Source of the DNA: an uncultured Mariniphaga sp. | GTDB taxonomy: Bacteria > Bacteroidota > Bacteroidia > Bacteroidales > Prolixibacteraceae | Length of the DNA: 64,000 nucleotides | Reading direction: 5' to 3' | Assembly: GCA_964575025.1 (NCBI GenBank) | Contig: CAZNPV010000008.1 | Span: forward strand, 11,727 to 75,726 | Part shown: positions 50,722 to 59,724 of the stretch, one piece after another | Layout: every line of letters begins with the position of its first letter | Position numbering within the stretch: the stretch's first letter is position 1 | The notes under the pieces: model-generated | The model's database searches: none | What the model was told of the DNA's origin: nothing | The model's input: the letters and a program-made list of their open reading frames with translations, nothing else | Made by a program: the position numbers and the translations under genes

Positions 50722-51303
50722 ATGAAAAAAAATCTCAGTCTGGCATTTATTTCAGGTATTTTGTTGTTCACCATGGAAATAACAGGTACAGCCCAACCAA
50801 CCAATTCCGGATCACACACCCTTTCATTAAACATACCGGAAGTCGCTTTGCTCGACCTTGAATCAAACACAAATACGTCTCTTGCTCTCAGTCCTTTTTC
50901 TCCTACCGAAGCAGGAAATGCACTGGATTTTTCTTCCGCATCCGATCATTCAATATGGCTCAATTATTCCTCGGTAACCGGAAACTCCGGATCACACAGG
51001 AAAATCAGCGCCTATGTTGAAGGAACCATTCCTGATGGTATGATGCTCAGTGTAAAAGCCTCGTCGTATTCAGGGAATGGCAACGGCAGAACCGGAATCC
51101 CAACCGGAAAAGTCCATTTATCAGAAAATACTCAGGATATCATTACCCACATTGGAAGTTGTTATACCGGCGACGGAGTGAACAACGGACACCTGCTTAC
51201 CTATTCCCTTGAACCAGGAAAGAACAATACGGATTACGAAACCCTTGCCTACGAAAATTCTGCTTCATTGCATGTTATTTATACCTTAACGGACGACAAT
51301 TAA
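50722..51303 (+). CDS. Secreted putative fibre/adhesin subunit, paralog B
   Basis: 193 aa. Aligns without gaps to paralog A, with IPEV at residues 38-41 in both. Confidence 0.6.
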   Translation: MKKNLSLAFISGILLFTMEITGTAQPTNSGSHTLSLNIPEVALLDLESNTNTSLALSPFSPTEAGNALDFSSASDHSIWLNYSSVTGNSGSHRKISAYVEGTIPDGMMLSVKASSYSGNGNGRTGIPTGKVHLSENTQDIITHIGSCYTGDGVNNGHLLTYSLEPGKNNTDYETLAYENSASLHVIYTLTDDN

Positions 51304-51453
51304 TTCACCGGGCTGGCCGGTCAATCCATCGTTCATTTCGCGTAAAACATTCAACAAATCATCCCTGTATATAAAAAAAGATGTAAATTAAAACAGCAGG
51401 TATTTGTAATTCATTCTGTTTTGTTTTACTTTGAGATAGCAAAAAAAAGCATC

Positions 51454-52257
51454 ATGCAACAAAGAAAATGTATTCTGATCATTGGGATGATCCTGTTGTT
51501 TGTCTTTGCGGAAAACACAAAAGCAAACATACTGGTTATGAATGGGCTGACTCATGAACACCAGGCTGTACAGGGAGAGGTTAGAAACGGAATTATTGAA
51601 TTAAAGAACGTTTCGCAGCAACCTCAATCCGTACAACTTTACCAACGGGATTACTGGTACTCCCATCAAGGTGAAAACCGGCATGACACACCGGGTACCC
51701 TGAAACGTTCCAATGCAGGGTGGATCAACATCAACCCAACATTTGTAACGCTGGCCCCGGAAGAAACAGTCACCGTGGAATATGAAATAACCATTCCGGC
51801 TGTTGACTCTCTTACAGGAACCTATTGGAGTGTTATCATGGTAGAAGGATTGCAACCCCCGGACACGGCTGCTACGGAAGGCATCAGGATAAATACGGTA
51901 ATCCGGTATGCCGTACAGATCATTACCCATATTGGCAATAGTGGAACGGTCAATATAACCTTTCTGCGTTTCAATCTTTCAAAGCAGGAGAACGGTACCG
52001 AATTAGCAGTGGTACTGGAAAATATTGGTCAACGGTTGGTCAAACCGGAAGTAAGTATTGAAATTTACGATTCCAACGGCACTACCCTCGGAGTGACTAC
52101 TGCAGAAAGCAGAAAACTCTACCCGGGAACATCAGCGAATTTCTTCCTTGACTTATCCCATCTTCAAACCGGTTCCTATACCGGTATTTTAATTGCGGAC
52201 TGTGGAGATGATTATGTGTTTGGTTCCAACCTTACACTTGACATAAAAGATGATTAA
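51454..52257 (+). CDS. Secreted two-domain Ig-like protein (candidate periplasmic chaperone/scaffold)
   Basis: Start set at MQQRKCILIIGMILLFVFA. Two beta-sandwich-like halves are predicted. The stop overlaps the next gene's start by 8 nt. Confidence 0.5.
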   Translation: MQQRKCILIIGMILLFVFAENTKANILVMNGLTHEHQAVQGEVRNGIIELKNVSQQPQSVQLYQRDYWYSHQGENRHDTPGTLKRSNAGWININPTFVTLAPEETVTVEYEITIPAVDSLTGTYWSVIMVEGLQPPDTAATEGIRINTVIRYAVQIITHIGNSGTVNITFLRFNLSKQENGTELAVVLENIGQRLVKPEVSIEIYDSNGTTLGVTTAESRKLYPGTSANFFLDLSHLQTGSYTGILIADCGDDYVFGSNLTLDIKDD

Positions 52258-54970
52258 TCAACGTATTCTGGTACTGTTCTTTTTATTTATTCCGATTCTC
52301 AGTTTTCCGCAATCAGGAAGCGATGTGGCTTTGGAATTAATGTCACGGACCCATAACTTTGAACCTGGCAGGATCCATACGCTTGTCTTTAAAATAAACA
52401 ACAATGCTGCAACCCGGATATCCCTGCAACCCTACCTTACGCTTCCTGCGGGACTGAAACTCATTTCTGAGCTAAAACCACTGGATCTGGCACCGGAAGG
52501 GCAGAACATCCTGATTATAACCCTGAACATTCCCTCAAACTATCAAGCGGGGAACTATACGTTCTCGGTAAGGCTGGTGAATCCTGCCAATCCTTCTGTT
52601 GTATATGCTGATTATTCATCCGGAATGACTGTTAAGGAAGATCCCGCAATAACCATTGATTTAATTTATGCGCCTGATTATGTAAAAGCGGGTGAACAGA
52701 TTGAGGCTTCCTTTGTTGTCAGGAATACCGGGAATACAACAGAAGACCTGAACCTGAATGCCACAAACTGCAGCATTGAAGGTCCGCATACCATTCGTTT
52801 ATCCCCGGGAAACTCTTCGGTTGTCAGGGTGGTTGCAGAGACCAATGAAAATATAACCATGGTAAGCCGTAAGACCTTTTACATCAATGCAGGAAACAAT
52901 CACATGGAGGAAGTAAGACAAAGCGGCTCAGTGCGTATCATGCCGGTAAATATAGATACCCAGGATCTCTACCACAGATTCCCGGTATCAATCACAGCAC
53001 GTTACCTGACAAAAGGGAAAGATGGAGAATTCTCAGGAGGCTACCAGCTAGAAGCAAAAGGTTCAGGATCCATCGACCCGGAAGGGATTCACAAGGTGGA
53101 ATTTGTGGCCCGGGGCCCGAACCAGTTTGACCTTTCGTTGCTGGGCCTCTACGATGAATATACCCTGAATTATACCAACCGGTTTATGAAACTTAAAACC
53201 GGAGACAATTCCTATTCGATGACTCCCCTGACTGAATATTCCAGGTATGGAAGAGGAATTGAACAGACCTTCACATTTCTGGGCACTTCCCGGGCCGGCA
53301 TGATGTACCTGACTCCCAGGTTCAATAAAAACTTTACAGCAGAATACGGAGCTTTCGTAAACCTCGACATCTATAAAAAAAACGGATTCGGTTTATATTA
53401 CCTCCGGAAAAAAGTAACCTCCGGGGAGCATGAAAACTTATACAGCATTACAGCCAATTTGCAACCCCTGGAACGAACATCCCTCGAAATGGAAGCTTCC
53501 TGGGGAGAGAAAAACGGAAGTACCGACTTTGCTTACCGGATTAATGTAAATTCACAGTTCTCAGGATTCTCCCTGTCATCCTTCTACCTTCATGCAGGCA
53601 AAGATTACCCGGGTTATTACTCCAATTCCGATTTTTATTCAGGCCATCTGAATTACAATATAGCACGCTGGTTAACCATAGGATTAAATGCTCGTCAGGA
53701 TTTTATGAACGCACAGGTGGATACGCTGCTTATGACGTCCCCTTTCTCAAAGTTCTATCAGGCACATGCCAATTTCAGAATGGGAAACCGGATCTACTTT
53801 AAAACCTATATCAGGAAAAACGAAAGGGAGGACCGTTCCCTGGCCAAGAAATTCCACTATCAGACGGTATCTGTGAATACATCCCTCTCACACAGGCTGG
53901 AACGTTTTGGGTATGGCCTGGAAGGCGAATACGGAAATACGGAGAATTTCCTCCTGCAAGAAGCAGAAAACCGGAAAAAAACCTACCGGTTGAGCGGCAA
54001 CTTTTATTGGCAACCCAACCAGAAACATAACCTACAGGGATTTATTACCTATACGAATCTGAACACATTTATTTCCAGCCAGCAGGAAAACAACTTTATC
54101 TTTGGACTAACAGCCTCCGGTAACCTGGCACGAAATCTTCGGGCGAACCTTCAACTGCAAAATGCCTATTCCATTGAAGAATATTACAGAAACCGGAACC
54201 TGGTTCAACTTATTATTGATTACAATTTCTTAAAACGCCATCGTTTATCATTGAACAGCTTCTATACAATCTTTCAGAATGAAGTATCCGGGCCTGATTA
54301 TTCAATCTCATTAAACTATTCCCTGACTCTGGGGATTCCTTTAAAAAAGATTGCAGAAGCCGGATCCGTCACAGGAAAGATCGAAAATGCCGGGGTTGAA
54401 ACAATCAGCGATATTGTATTATCTGTCGGTGGACAATCCGCAATAACCGATGAATCCGGAAATTTTTCTTTCAAGAACCTGAAACCAGGTTCCTATAATT
54501 TGTTAATCGACCGTTCCACACTAAATATGGAGGATATTCCGGATATCCTTACTCCCATAACCATTGCTGTTGAGGGGAATAAGGAAACGATAGTCACCTT
54601 TGGAATGACTAAAGCAGCCAAAGTGAGGGGATTAATAAAATTTGAAGCGGATGACACGAAAACATCGGCCGATGAAACCATGCTGCCATTCGGGCAACTT
54701 GTTATGGAATTAACCCGGGAGGAGGAATCCATCCGGATTATTTCGGATCAAAACGGAACCTTCCGGTTTCCGAATGTCAGGCCGGGAAAATGGGTTTTGA
54801 AGGTATACAGCTCCGGATTGGACAAACAATATGTGCTGAAGAAAGATCATTTTGATTTCTCCTTATCCCCGGGGGAAGTCAAAGAAATAACTATCGCTGT
54901 GCAAAAAAAGAAGCGAAATATCATTTTTATAAATAATAATATTAACTTGTCTTCTGATGGCAACAAATAA
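52250..54970 (+). CDS. Large secreted protein: two N-terminal Ig/CARDB-like domains, beta-barrel-like core, two carboxypeptidase-regulatory-like domains (candidate outer-membrane assembly pore)
   Basis: 906 aa, with a signal peptide. Domain cues are VRNTGNTTEDLNL, a long region of alternating aromatic/polar strands, and GSVTGKI...SGNFSFKNLKPGSYNL and VRGLI...NGTFRFPNVRPGKWVL. Confidence 0.5.
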   Translation: MINQRILVLFFLFIPILSFPQSGSDVALELMSRTHNFEPGRIHTLVFKINNNAATRISLQPYLTLPAGLKLISELKPLDLAPEGQNILIITLNIPSNYQAGNYTFSVRLVNPANPSVVYADYSSGMTVKEDPAITIDLIYAPDYVKAGEQIEASFVVRNTGNTTEDLNLNATNCSIEGPHTIRLSPGNSSVVRVVAETNENITMVSRKTFYINAGNNHMEEVRQSGSVRIMPVNIDTQDLYHRFPVSITARYLTKGKDGEFSGGYQLEAKGSGSIDPEGIHKVEFVARGPNQFDLSLLGLYDEYTLNYTNRFMKLKTGDNSYSMTPLTEYSRYGRGIEQTFTFLGTSRAGMMYLTPRFNKNFTAEYGAFVNLDIYKKNGFGLYYLRKKVTSGEHENLYSITANLQPLERTSLEMEASWGEKNGSTDFAYRINVNSQFSGFSLSSFYLHAGKDYPGYYSNSDFYSGHLNYNIARWLTIGLNARQDFMNAQVDTLLMTSPFSKFYQAHANFRMGNRIYFKTYIRKNEREDRSLAKKFHYQTVSVNTSLSHRLERFGYGLEGEYGNTENFLLQEAENRKKTYRLSGNFYWQPNQKHNLQGFITYTNLNTFISSQQENNFIFGLTASGNLARNLRANLQLQNAYSIEEYYRNRNLVQLIIDYNFLKRHRLSLNSFYTIFQNEVSGPDYSISLNYSLTLGIPLKKIAEAGSVTGKIENAGVETISDIVLSVGGQSAITDESGNFSFKNLKPGSYNLLIDRSTLNMEDIPDILTPITIAVEGNKETIVTFGMTKAAKVRGLIKFEADDTKTSADETMLPFGQLVMELTREEESIRIISDQNGTFRFPNVRPGKWVLKVYSSGLDKQYVLKKDHFDFSLSPGEVKEITIAVQKKKRNIIFINNNINLSSDGNK

Positions 54971-55062
54971 ATTGCAATCCTATGAAACGAACCCCGATCC
55001 CGACGACTATCAGTACGGGCCAGGTTCCATGAGTTACCATAAATAATAAACAATTTAAACGA

Positions 55063-55638
55063 ATGAAATTACGAAACAAAACCATACGCATAACGACGGC
55101 CATGATGATTGCATGTTTTCTGTTTTTCATAAAAAGCTATGCTCAGGATGATGAAGATGGCTGTTCCCTGTCGTTTTCCATCCCTGAAATGGCCCTGATT
55201 GATATTGAACCACCCGGGTTATCCCATCTATATCTGACGCTGGAAGCTGGTTCAGAATCGGGACAACCCATAAAAGCGAAAGGTCCTATCAATGACAATT
55301 TATGGATCAATTATACTTCCTGTATGGCTTCCGGAGCTGGCAGCAGGTCGGTAAGTGTCCAGATAGCAAGCGGAACCATCCCCGACGGAGTACAGCTTAT
55401 TTTGTCCCCATCCGGATTCTCGGGCAGTGGTCAGGGAACACACGGAAGTCCAGTTGGAGAAATCAATCTGTCACAAACTCCACAAACATTGATCTCAGGA
55501 ATTGGCCGCTGTTTTACCGGGGACGGTCAAAATAACGGACACAAGCTGAACTATTCTCTGCGGATCTCTGATTATGAATCATTAAATTTTGATGGTTCAT
55601 CCAATATTCAAATTGCATTTACATTAACTGATAATTAA
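55063..55638 (+). CDS. Secreted putative fibre/adhesin subunit, paralog C
   Basis: 191 aa. IPEMAL, WINYTS, TIPDG, GIGRCFTGDGQNNGHKLNYSL, IAFTLTDN. Confidence 0.6.
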   Translation: MKLRNKTIRITTAMMIACFLFFIKSYAQDDEDGCSLSFSIPEMALIDIEPPGLSHLYLTLEAGSESGQPIKAKGPINDNLWINYTSCMASGAGSRSVSVQIASGTIPDGVQLILSPSGFSGSGQGTHGSPVGEINLSQTPQTLISGIGRCFTGDGQNNGHKLNYSLRISDYESLNFDGSSNIQIAFTLTDN

Positions 55639-55642
55639 ACCT

Positions 55643-56140
55643 ATGCGTTGGACAGTATCTATCATTTTAACGATCATGCTTCTTCCTGTAACCGGTCTGG
55701 GACAAGTTCAGCTTAGGGTTATGGGTGATCCTTTATTTCCGGGTTCAACGTTCGATCTGACAGAAGCAGGAATGGATTATACGCATGCCGTTACCAGTAC
55801 CTCAGGCCCTATGATAACCATTAGCCATAAACATGGACGGAAAAAGAATTTCGGGGAATTTGAATGGCGCCTGGCTGTGCACAAATCGGATGTCTACTGG
55901 AACAATGAACTAAAGGTGGATATCAGAAGATCAGGAGACGGAGAACCCGGGTCACGGTTTAACAACTGGATTGCCGGAGGTACAAATTTCCAGACCCTCA
56001 CCGCTATGCCTATCACCTTCTTTGAAGGAGGGGCTGTGAGAAACAACGTGCCTGTCGAATTCCGCATTAATAATATCTCAGTACTGATACCTGCCGATGA
56101 ATATGAGACCACGATTTATTTTACAGTTTACGAGAACTGA
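55643..56140 (+). CDS. Secreted 165-aa protein, distinct putative minor subunit
   Basis: Signal peptide. The C-terminal PADEYETTIYFTVYEN resembles the terminal strand of SCPU/DUF4402-like pilin folds. Only 4 nt separate it from the preceding gene. Confidence 0.45.
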   Translation: MRWTVSIILTIMLLPVTGLGQVQLRVMGDPLFPGSTFDLTEAGMDYTHAVTSTSGPMITISHKHGRKKNFGEFEWRLAVHKSDVYWNNELKVDIRRSGDGEPGSRFNNWIAGGTNFQTLTAMPITFFEGGAVRNNVPVEFRINNISVLIPADEYETTIYFTVYEN

Positions 56141-56148
56141 AAAATACG

Positions 56149-56232
56149 TTGCTTCCCTTGCAAAAACGTTGCGTCCTTTGCGGTTAAATTGATTTTTCAA
56201 ACAGCTTCGTCAGCGGCATAATTGACAGAGGG
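56149..56232. repeat. Intergenic repeat element, copy A (about 84 nt)
   Basis: About 90% identical by eye to 57022-57105 (TTGCTTCCCTTGCrAAAACGTTGCGTCCTwTGC...CAAACArCTyCGTCAGCsGCATAATyGACAGAGGG). Confidence 0.85.
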
Positions 56233-56294
56233 ATGAATAAAATATCCCCCTGTTGCGATCTTTTTATCTTATCAGGGCTGAACAGATTCGTTGG

Positions 56295-56891
56295 TTACCT
56301 TTCAGAAGCAATATCCAAACCTGCCCTGAATGCTTCGATATTTAATGCAACAATCTGAACCCCTTTTTTTTCAAAAATTTTTCTGATGTTCTGTTCAATA
56401 AGGCTTTTTTCTATCTTGAGAAAGGGAGTCGCAGCGCCAAGCATCACCATGTTCGAAGCTTTCGGATTCCCCAGTTTTTTTGCGATCTTTTCAGCATCCA
56501 GGGCAACAAAGGAAGATACTTTTTTTAATTCGTTGAATATCTTTTCCTCCTCAGGATAATCAGGAATATTCTTAACCGGAACCGTGTTGGTGACCACACA
56601 ACCTTTTTCGGATAAAAAATTCAGGTAACGGAGTGATTCCATTGGTTCAACCGAAAGAATAACATCCGCACTTCCTTCAGGGATCAGATCCGATGCAATA
56701 GGGTAATCAGCAATTCTGAGGTGCGATATAACAGCACCGCCACGCTGGCTCATTCCGTGGGTTTCTGCCTGTTTCAGGTAAAGGCCTTCATTAACGGCTG
56801 CAAATCCGATAACCGAGGCTATTGAAAGGATTCCCTGTCCTCCTACTCCGGCTAAAAGTATATCGATCTTCATTGATTTAAAATTTTTCAT
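56295..56891 (-). CDS. iorB: Indolepyruvate:ferredoxin oxidoreductase subunit beta
   Basis: 198 aa. DILLAGVGGQGILS...ETHGMSQRGG is typical of IorB and the gamma domain of 2-oxoacid oxidoreductases. Confidence 0.85.
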   Translation of the reverse strand: MKNFKSMKIDILLAGVGGQGILSIASVIGFAAVNEGLYLKQAETHGMSQRGGAVISHLRIADYPIASDLIPEGSADVILSVEPMESLRYLNFLSEKGCVVTNTVPVKNIPDYPEEEKIFNELKKVSSFVALDAEKIAKKLGNPKASNMVMLGAATPFLKIEKSLIEQNIRKIFEKKGVQIVALNIEAFRAGLDIASER

Positions 56892-57021
56892 TATTTATGG
56901 TGACTCATGCAATACCCCTTCCTTATTTGAGCTGGCTGAAAATTCATTGGATCTATTAACCGTCCTGTTCGCAAAGAATGCGCTAAGTCCGCAGAGAAGT
57001 TACCATCAACAGGAAAATGCT

Positions 57022-57105
57022 TTGCTTCCCTTGCGAAAACGTTGCGTCCTATGCAGTTAAATTAATTCTTCAAACAACTCCGTCAGCCGCATAATCGACA
57101 GAGGG
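57022..57105. repeat. Intergenic repeat element, copy B, between iorA and iorB
   Basis: See copy A. Lies within the 225-nt iorA-iorB spacer. Confidence 0.85.
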
Positions 57106-57116
57106 GTAATTCACTT

Positions 57117-58742
57117 CTACGACATTCCCGCTTCCGGATCTTTTTCTCTCCTTTTCTTTTTTTTCTCATGCAACAATTTTTGAATGCATTTCCTGCGGGC
57201 AATAATAACAGAAACCCCTGTGTATTCCATTTCTTTCCTGATCTTCCGGACCATTTCCGCGTGATTCTTTTTCAAGGGGATAACTACCTGTATATGTTCT
57301 TTTTCGACCCCCAGGGCTGCGCATAGTTGTTCCAGTCTGCCGGTAGCCGAAGAATCCTGTCCACCGGTCATAGCAACCGCTTCATTATCAAGAACAATAA
57401 TATTAACGTTTGATTTTTCCAAAACAGCATCCAACAATCCGGTCATTCCTGAGTGGGTAAATGTTGAATCACCGATCACAGAAAATACCGGGAACAAACC
57501 GGCATCAGCAGCTCCTTTTCCCATGGTTACAGAAGCCCCCATATCCACACAGGTATTCCCCATGTTGTAAGGAGGAAGAGCTCCCAGTGTATAACAACCG
57601 ATATCCGAAAAAACGTGCCCGTCTCCCCATGGCTCCAGCACCTCTTTCAATGCCACGAACAAGTCCTGGTGCCCACACCCCGGGCACAATACCGGCGGAC
57701 GGTTTTTCACCACTTCGGGGACAGCATACGGAACTTTCTTCTTTCTGCCAAGGGCATGCAACACAATATCGGGGTTCAATTCTCCGGTCCTGGGGATTGT
57801 CCCGTCTAAACGGCCCAGAATCCGTTTCCCTTTTCCGAAAATATTCTTTACCATCTCCTCAACCAGCGGATAGCCCTCTTCCAGCACCAGAATTTCGTCG
57901 CAGGAATTTTCCATCTTTTTTATCTTTTCGAGAGGAACCGGATAGAAAGAAATTTTTAAAACCGGGTACAAGCATTTAGCCCCAAGAAAATTCTCCATCA
58001 AATAATTAAATCCAATTCCGCAGCAAATAATCCCAAGGCTTTTATCTGAACCATCGGTATACGAATTGAATGCAGACTCTTCGGACCATTCAGCCAGCCG
58101 GTCCTGCTTTTCCAGCAGGGCTTTGTAGGATTTCCGGGCGTAAGCCGGCAGGAGCATAAATTGCAACCGGTTCTCCGGCAACCGGAAGGCATTTTCAGGT
58201 TTCTTTTTCTTTCTGGTTATGCCTGCCCTGGAATGGGCCAGACGGGTAGTTATGCGCACCATCACCGGTAACGTAATCGCTTCTGAAAGCTCAAATCCCT
58301 GGTATACCATATCATATGCTTCCTGTTGACTGGAAGGTTCCAGCACCAATATCTGTGCAAACTTACCGTAATATCGCGAATCCTGTTCATTTTGTGACGA
58401 ATGCATCGACATATCATCTGCAACTACTATCACCAATCCTCCGTGAACACCGGTGATCGCTGAATTCATAAACGGATCAGCTGCAACATTCAGGCCTACA
58501 TGTTTCATACACACCAGGGAACGCTTCCCTCCGTAAGACATCCCCAACGCTGCTTCATAAGCAGTCTTTTCGTTGGCAGACCACTTCCGGTGAATTTGGT
58601 TCTCAACAGCTGTTTTGTTTGCCTGTATATATTCGGTTATCTCTGTGGAAGGAGTACCGGGATAGGCATAAACGCCTGATATACCTCCATCAATGGCACC
58701 CTGTCCGATTGCTTCAACTCCCAGGTATAGATTTTTTTGCAT
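57117..58742 (-). CDS. iorA: Indolepyruvate:ferredoxin oxidoreductase subunit alpha
   Basis: 541 aa. GVEAIGQGAIDGG...AYPGTPSTEI and a TPP-binding region GDSTFTHSG. Confidence 0.85.
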   Translation of the reverse strand: MQKNLYLGVEAIGQGAIDGGISGVYAYPGTPSTEITEYIQANKTAVENQIHRKWSANEKTAYEAALGMSYGGKRSLVCMKHVGLNVAADPFMNSAITGVHGGLVIVVADDMSMHSSQNEQDSRYYGKFAQILVLEPSSQQEAYDMVYQGFELSEAITLPVMVRITTRLAHSRAGITRKKKKPENAFRLPENRLQFMLLPAYARKSYKALLEKQDRLAEWSEESAFNSYTDGSDKSLGIICCGIGFNYLMENFLGAKCLYPVLKISFYPVPLEKIKKMENSCDEILVLEEGYPLVEEMVKNIFGKGKRILGRLDGTIPRTGELNPDIVLHALGRKKKVPYAVPEVVKNRPPVLCPGCGHQDLFVALKEVLEPWGDGHVFSDIGCYTLGALPPYNMGNTCVDMGASVTMGKGAADAGLFPVFSVIGDSTFTHSGMTGLLDAVLEKSNVNIIVLDNEAVAMTGGQDSSATGRLEQLCAALGVEKEHIQVVIPLKKNHAEMVRKIRKEMEYTGVSVIIARRKCIQKLLHEKKKKRREKDPEAGMS

Positions 58743-58800
58743 AAAACGTTATTTTTCATGTAAAAATAAAAACTCCCGACTATCAAAACAATGCGGTCTG

Positions 58801-59211
58801 TCAGCTATAAAGGGTTAGTACCATTTTACGACTTCCTCCGTACTTTCTGAACTCACAAAAATAGATCCCCTGCCAGGTTCCGAGGTTTAACCGGTGGTTT
58901 GTCACCGGGATATTCACTGACTGCCCGATAACGGAGGCCTTCAGATGGGCCGGCATATCGTCAGCACCTTCAAGCGTATGCAAATAACCCGGATCATTCT
59001 CAGGAATCATTTTATTCATAAAATATTCAAAATCTCTCCGCACCGTAGGATCTGCATTCTCATTGAGGGCAATGCCTGCTGAAGTATGTTTCACAAACAG
59101 ATTCAACAGACCCTTCTCAGGCAGTTCCTGCAGATTCTCTTCTACCAACCGGGTAATGAGATGGTACCCGCAACCAAAGGAAGGCAAGGTTATCTCTTTC
59201 TGGTATAGCAT
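58801..59211 (-). CDS. yjbQ: YjbQ/UPF0047 family protein (secondary thiamine-phosphate synthase)
   Basis: Start set at MLYQKEITL. HTSAGIALNENADPTV and HLKAS motifs are present. The longer ORF running to 59331 is probably an over-extension. Confidence 0.8.
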   Translation of the reverse strand: MLYQKEITLPSFGCGYHLITRLVEENLQELPEKGLLNLFVKHTSAGIALNENADPTVRRDFEYFMNKMIPENDPGYLHTLEGADDMPAHLKASVIGQSVNIPVTNHRLNLGTWQGIYFCEFRKYGGSRKMVLTLYS

Positions 59212-59415
59212 GGAATAAACGTTTACATTATACAGAAATACGTGATGCAAAGAAACGAACCCCGATAGGTGGGAATGCGTTACATGAATCACCGTAATCG
59301 GGTATAAATTTAGCCGGATGAAAGGTAACATTTTGATTTCAGACAGGAACCCTTCTTCTGATAACTTTCTGTAAAAAAAATATCAAAAAAACGGCAATCC
59401 CAACTACGAATTAAC

Positions 59416-59423
59416 TATCTTTG
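59416..59423 (+). promoter_or_regulatory. Bacteroidota-type -7 promoter box (TATCTTTG)
   Basis: Matches TAnnTTTG. Lies just upstream of the start of riboswitch helix P1. Confidence 0.45.
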
Positions 59424-59431
59424 CAGCCGGG

Positions 59432-59609
59432 TTCTGGTTCATCACTGTGATATCTTTTGCAGAGATTAAAAGGGAATCCGGTTAAAAACCGGAGCTATAC
59501 CCGTAGCTGTAAGCTCTATTGTAACTATTTTTTCCTTCATGCCACTTTCCCAAAGCATCAAGGGATGGGAAGGCCTCAAAAACGGAGCAAGCCAGAAGAC
59601 CTGCCAGAA
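59432..59609 (+). promoter_or_regulatory. Cobalamin (B12) riboswitch aptamer
   Basis: P1 pairing of TTCTGG (59432-59437) with CCAGAA (59604-59609). Core is AAAAGGGAATCCGGTTAAAAACCGGAGC...CCCGTAGCTGTAAGC. B12-box-like GCCACT...GGGAAGGC and AGCCAGAAGACCTGCC. Sits upstream of a TonB-dependent receptor. Confidence 0.85.
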
Positions 59610-59724
59610 TCTGAATTTTCGTAGCTTTCGGGATAAAAGCGAAGATTAGGACACATCAGATCAATCTGGTTCTATATTCACTAATACCGATAGGTGCGAA
59701 TGATACCAATGATCATTTGTAGCT

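Noticed and set aside
59212-59331. Upstream extension of the YjbQ ORF
   Set aside because: YjbQ-family proteins are about 135-140 aa and begin near MLYQKEI. The extension is hydrophobic, low-complexity sequence.
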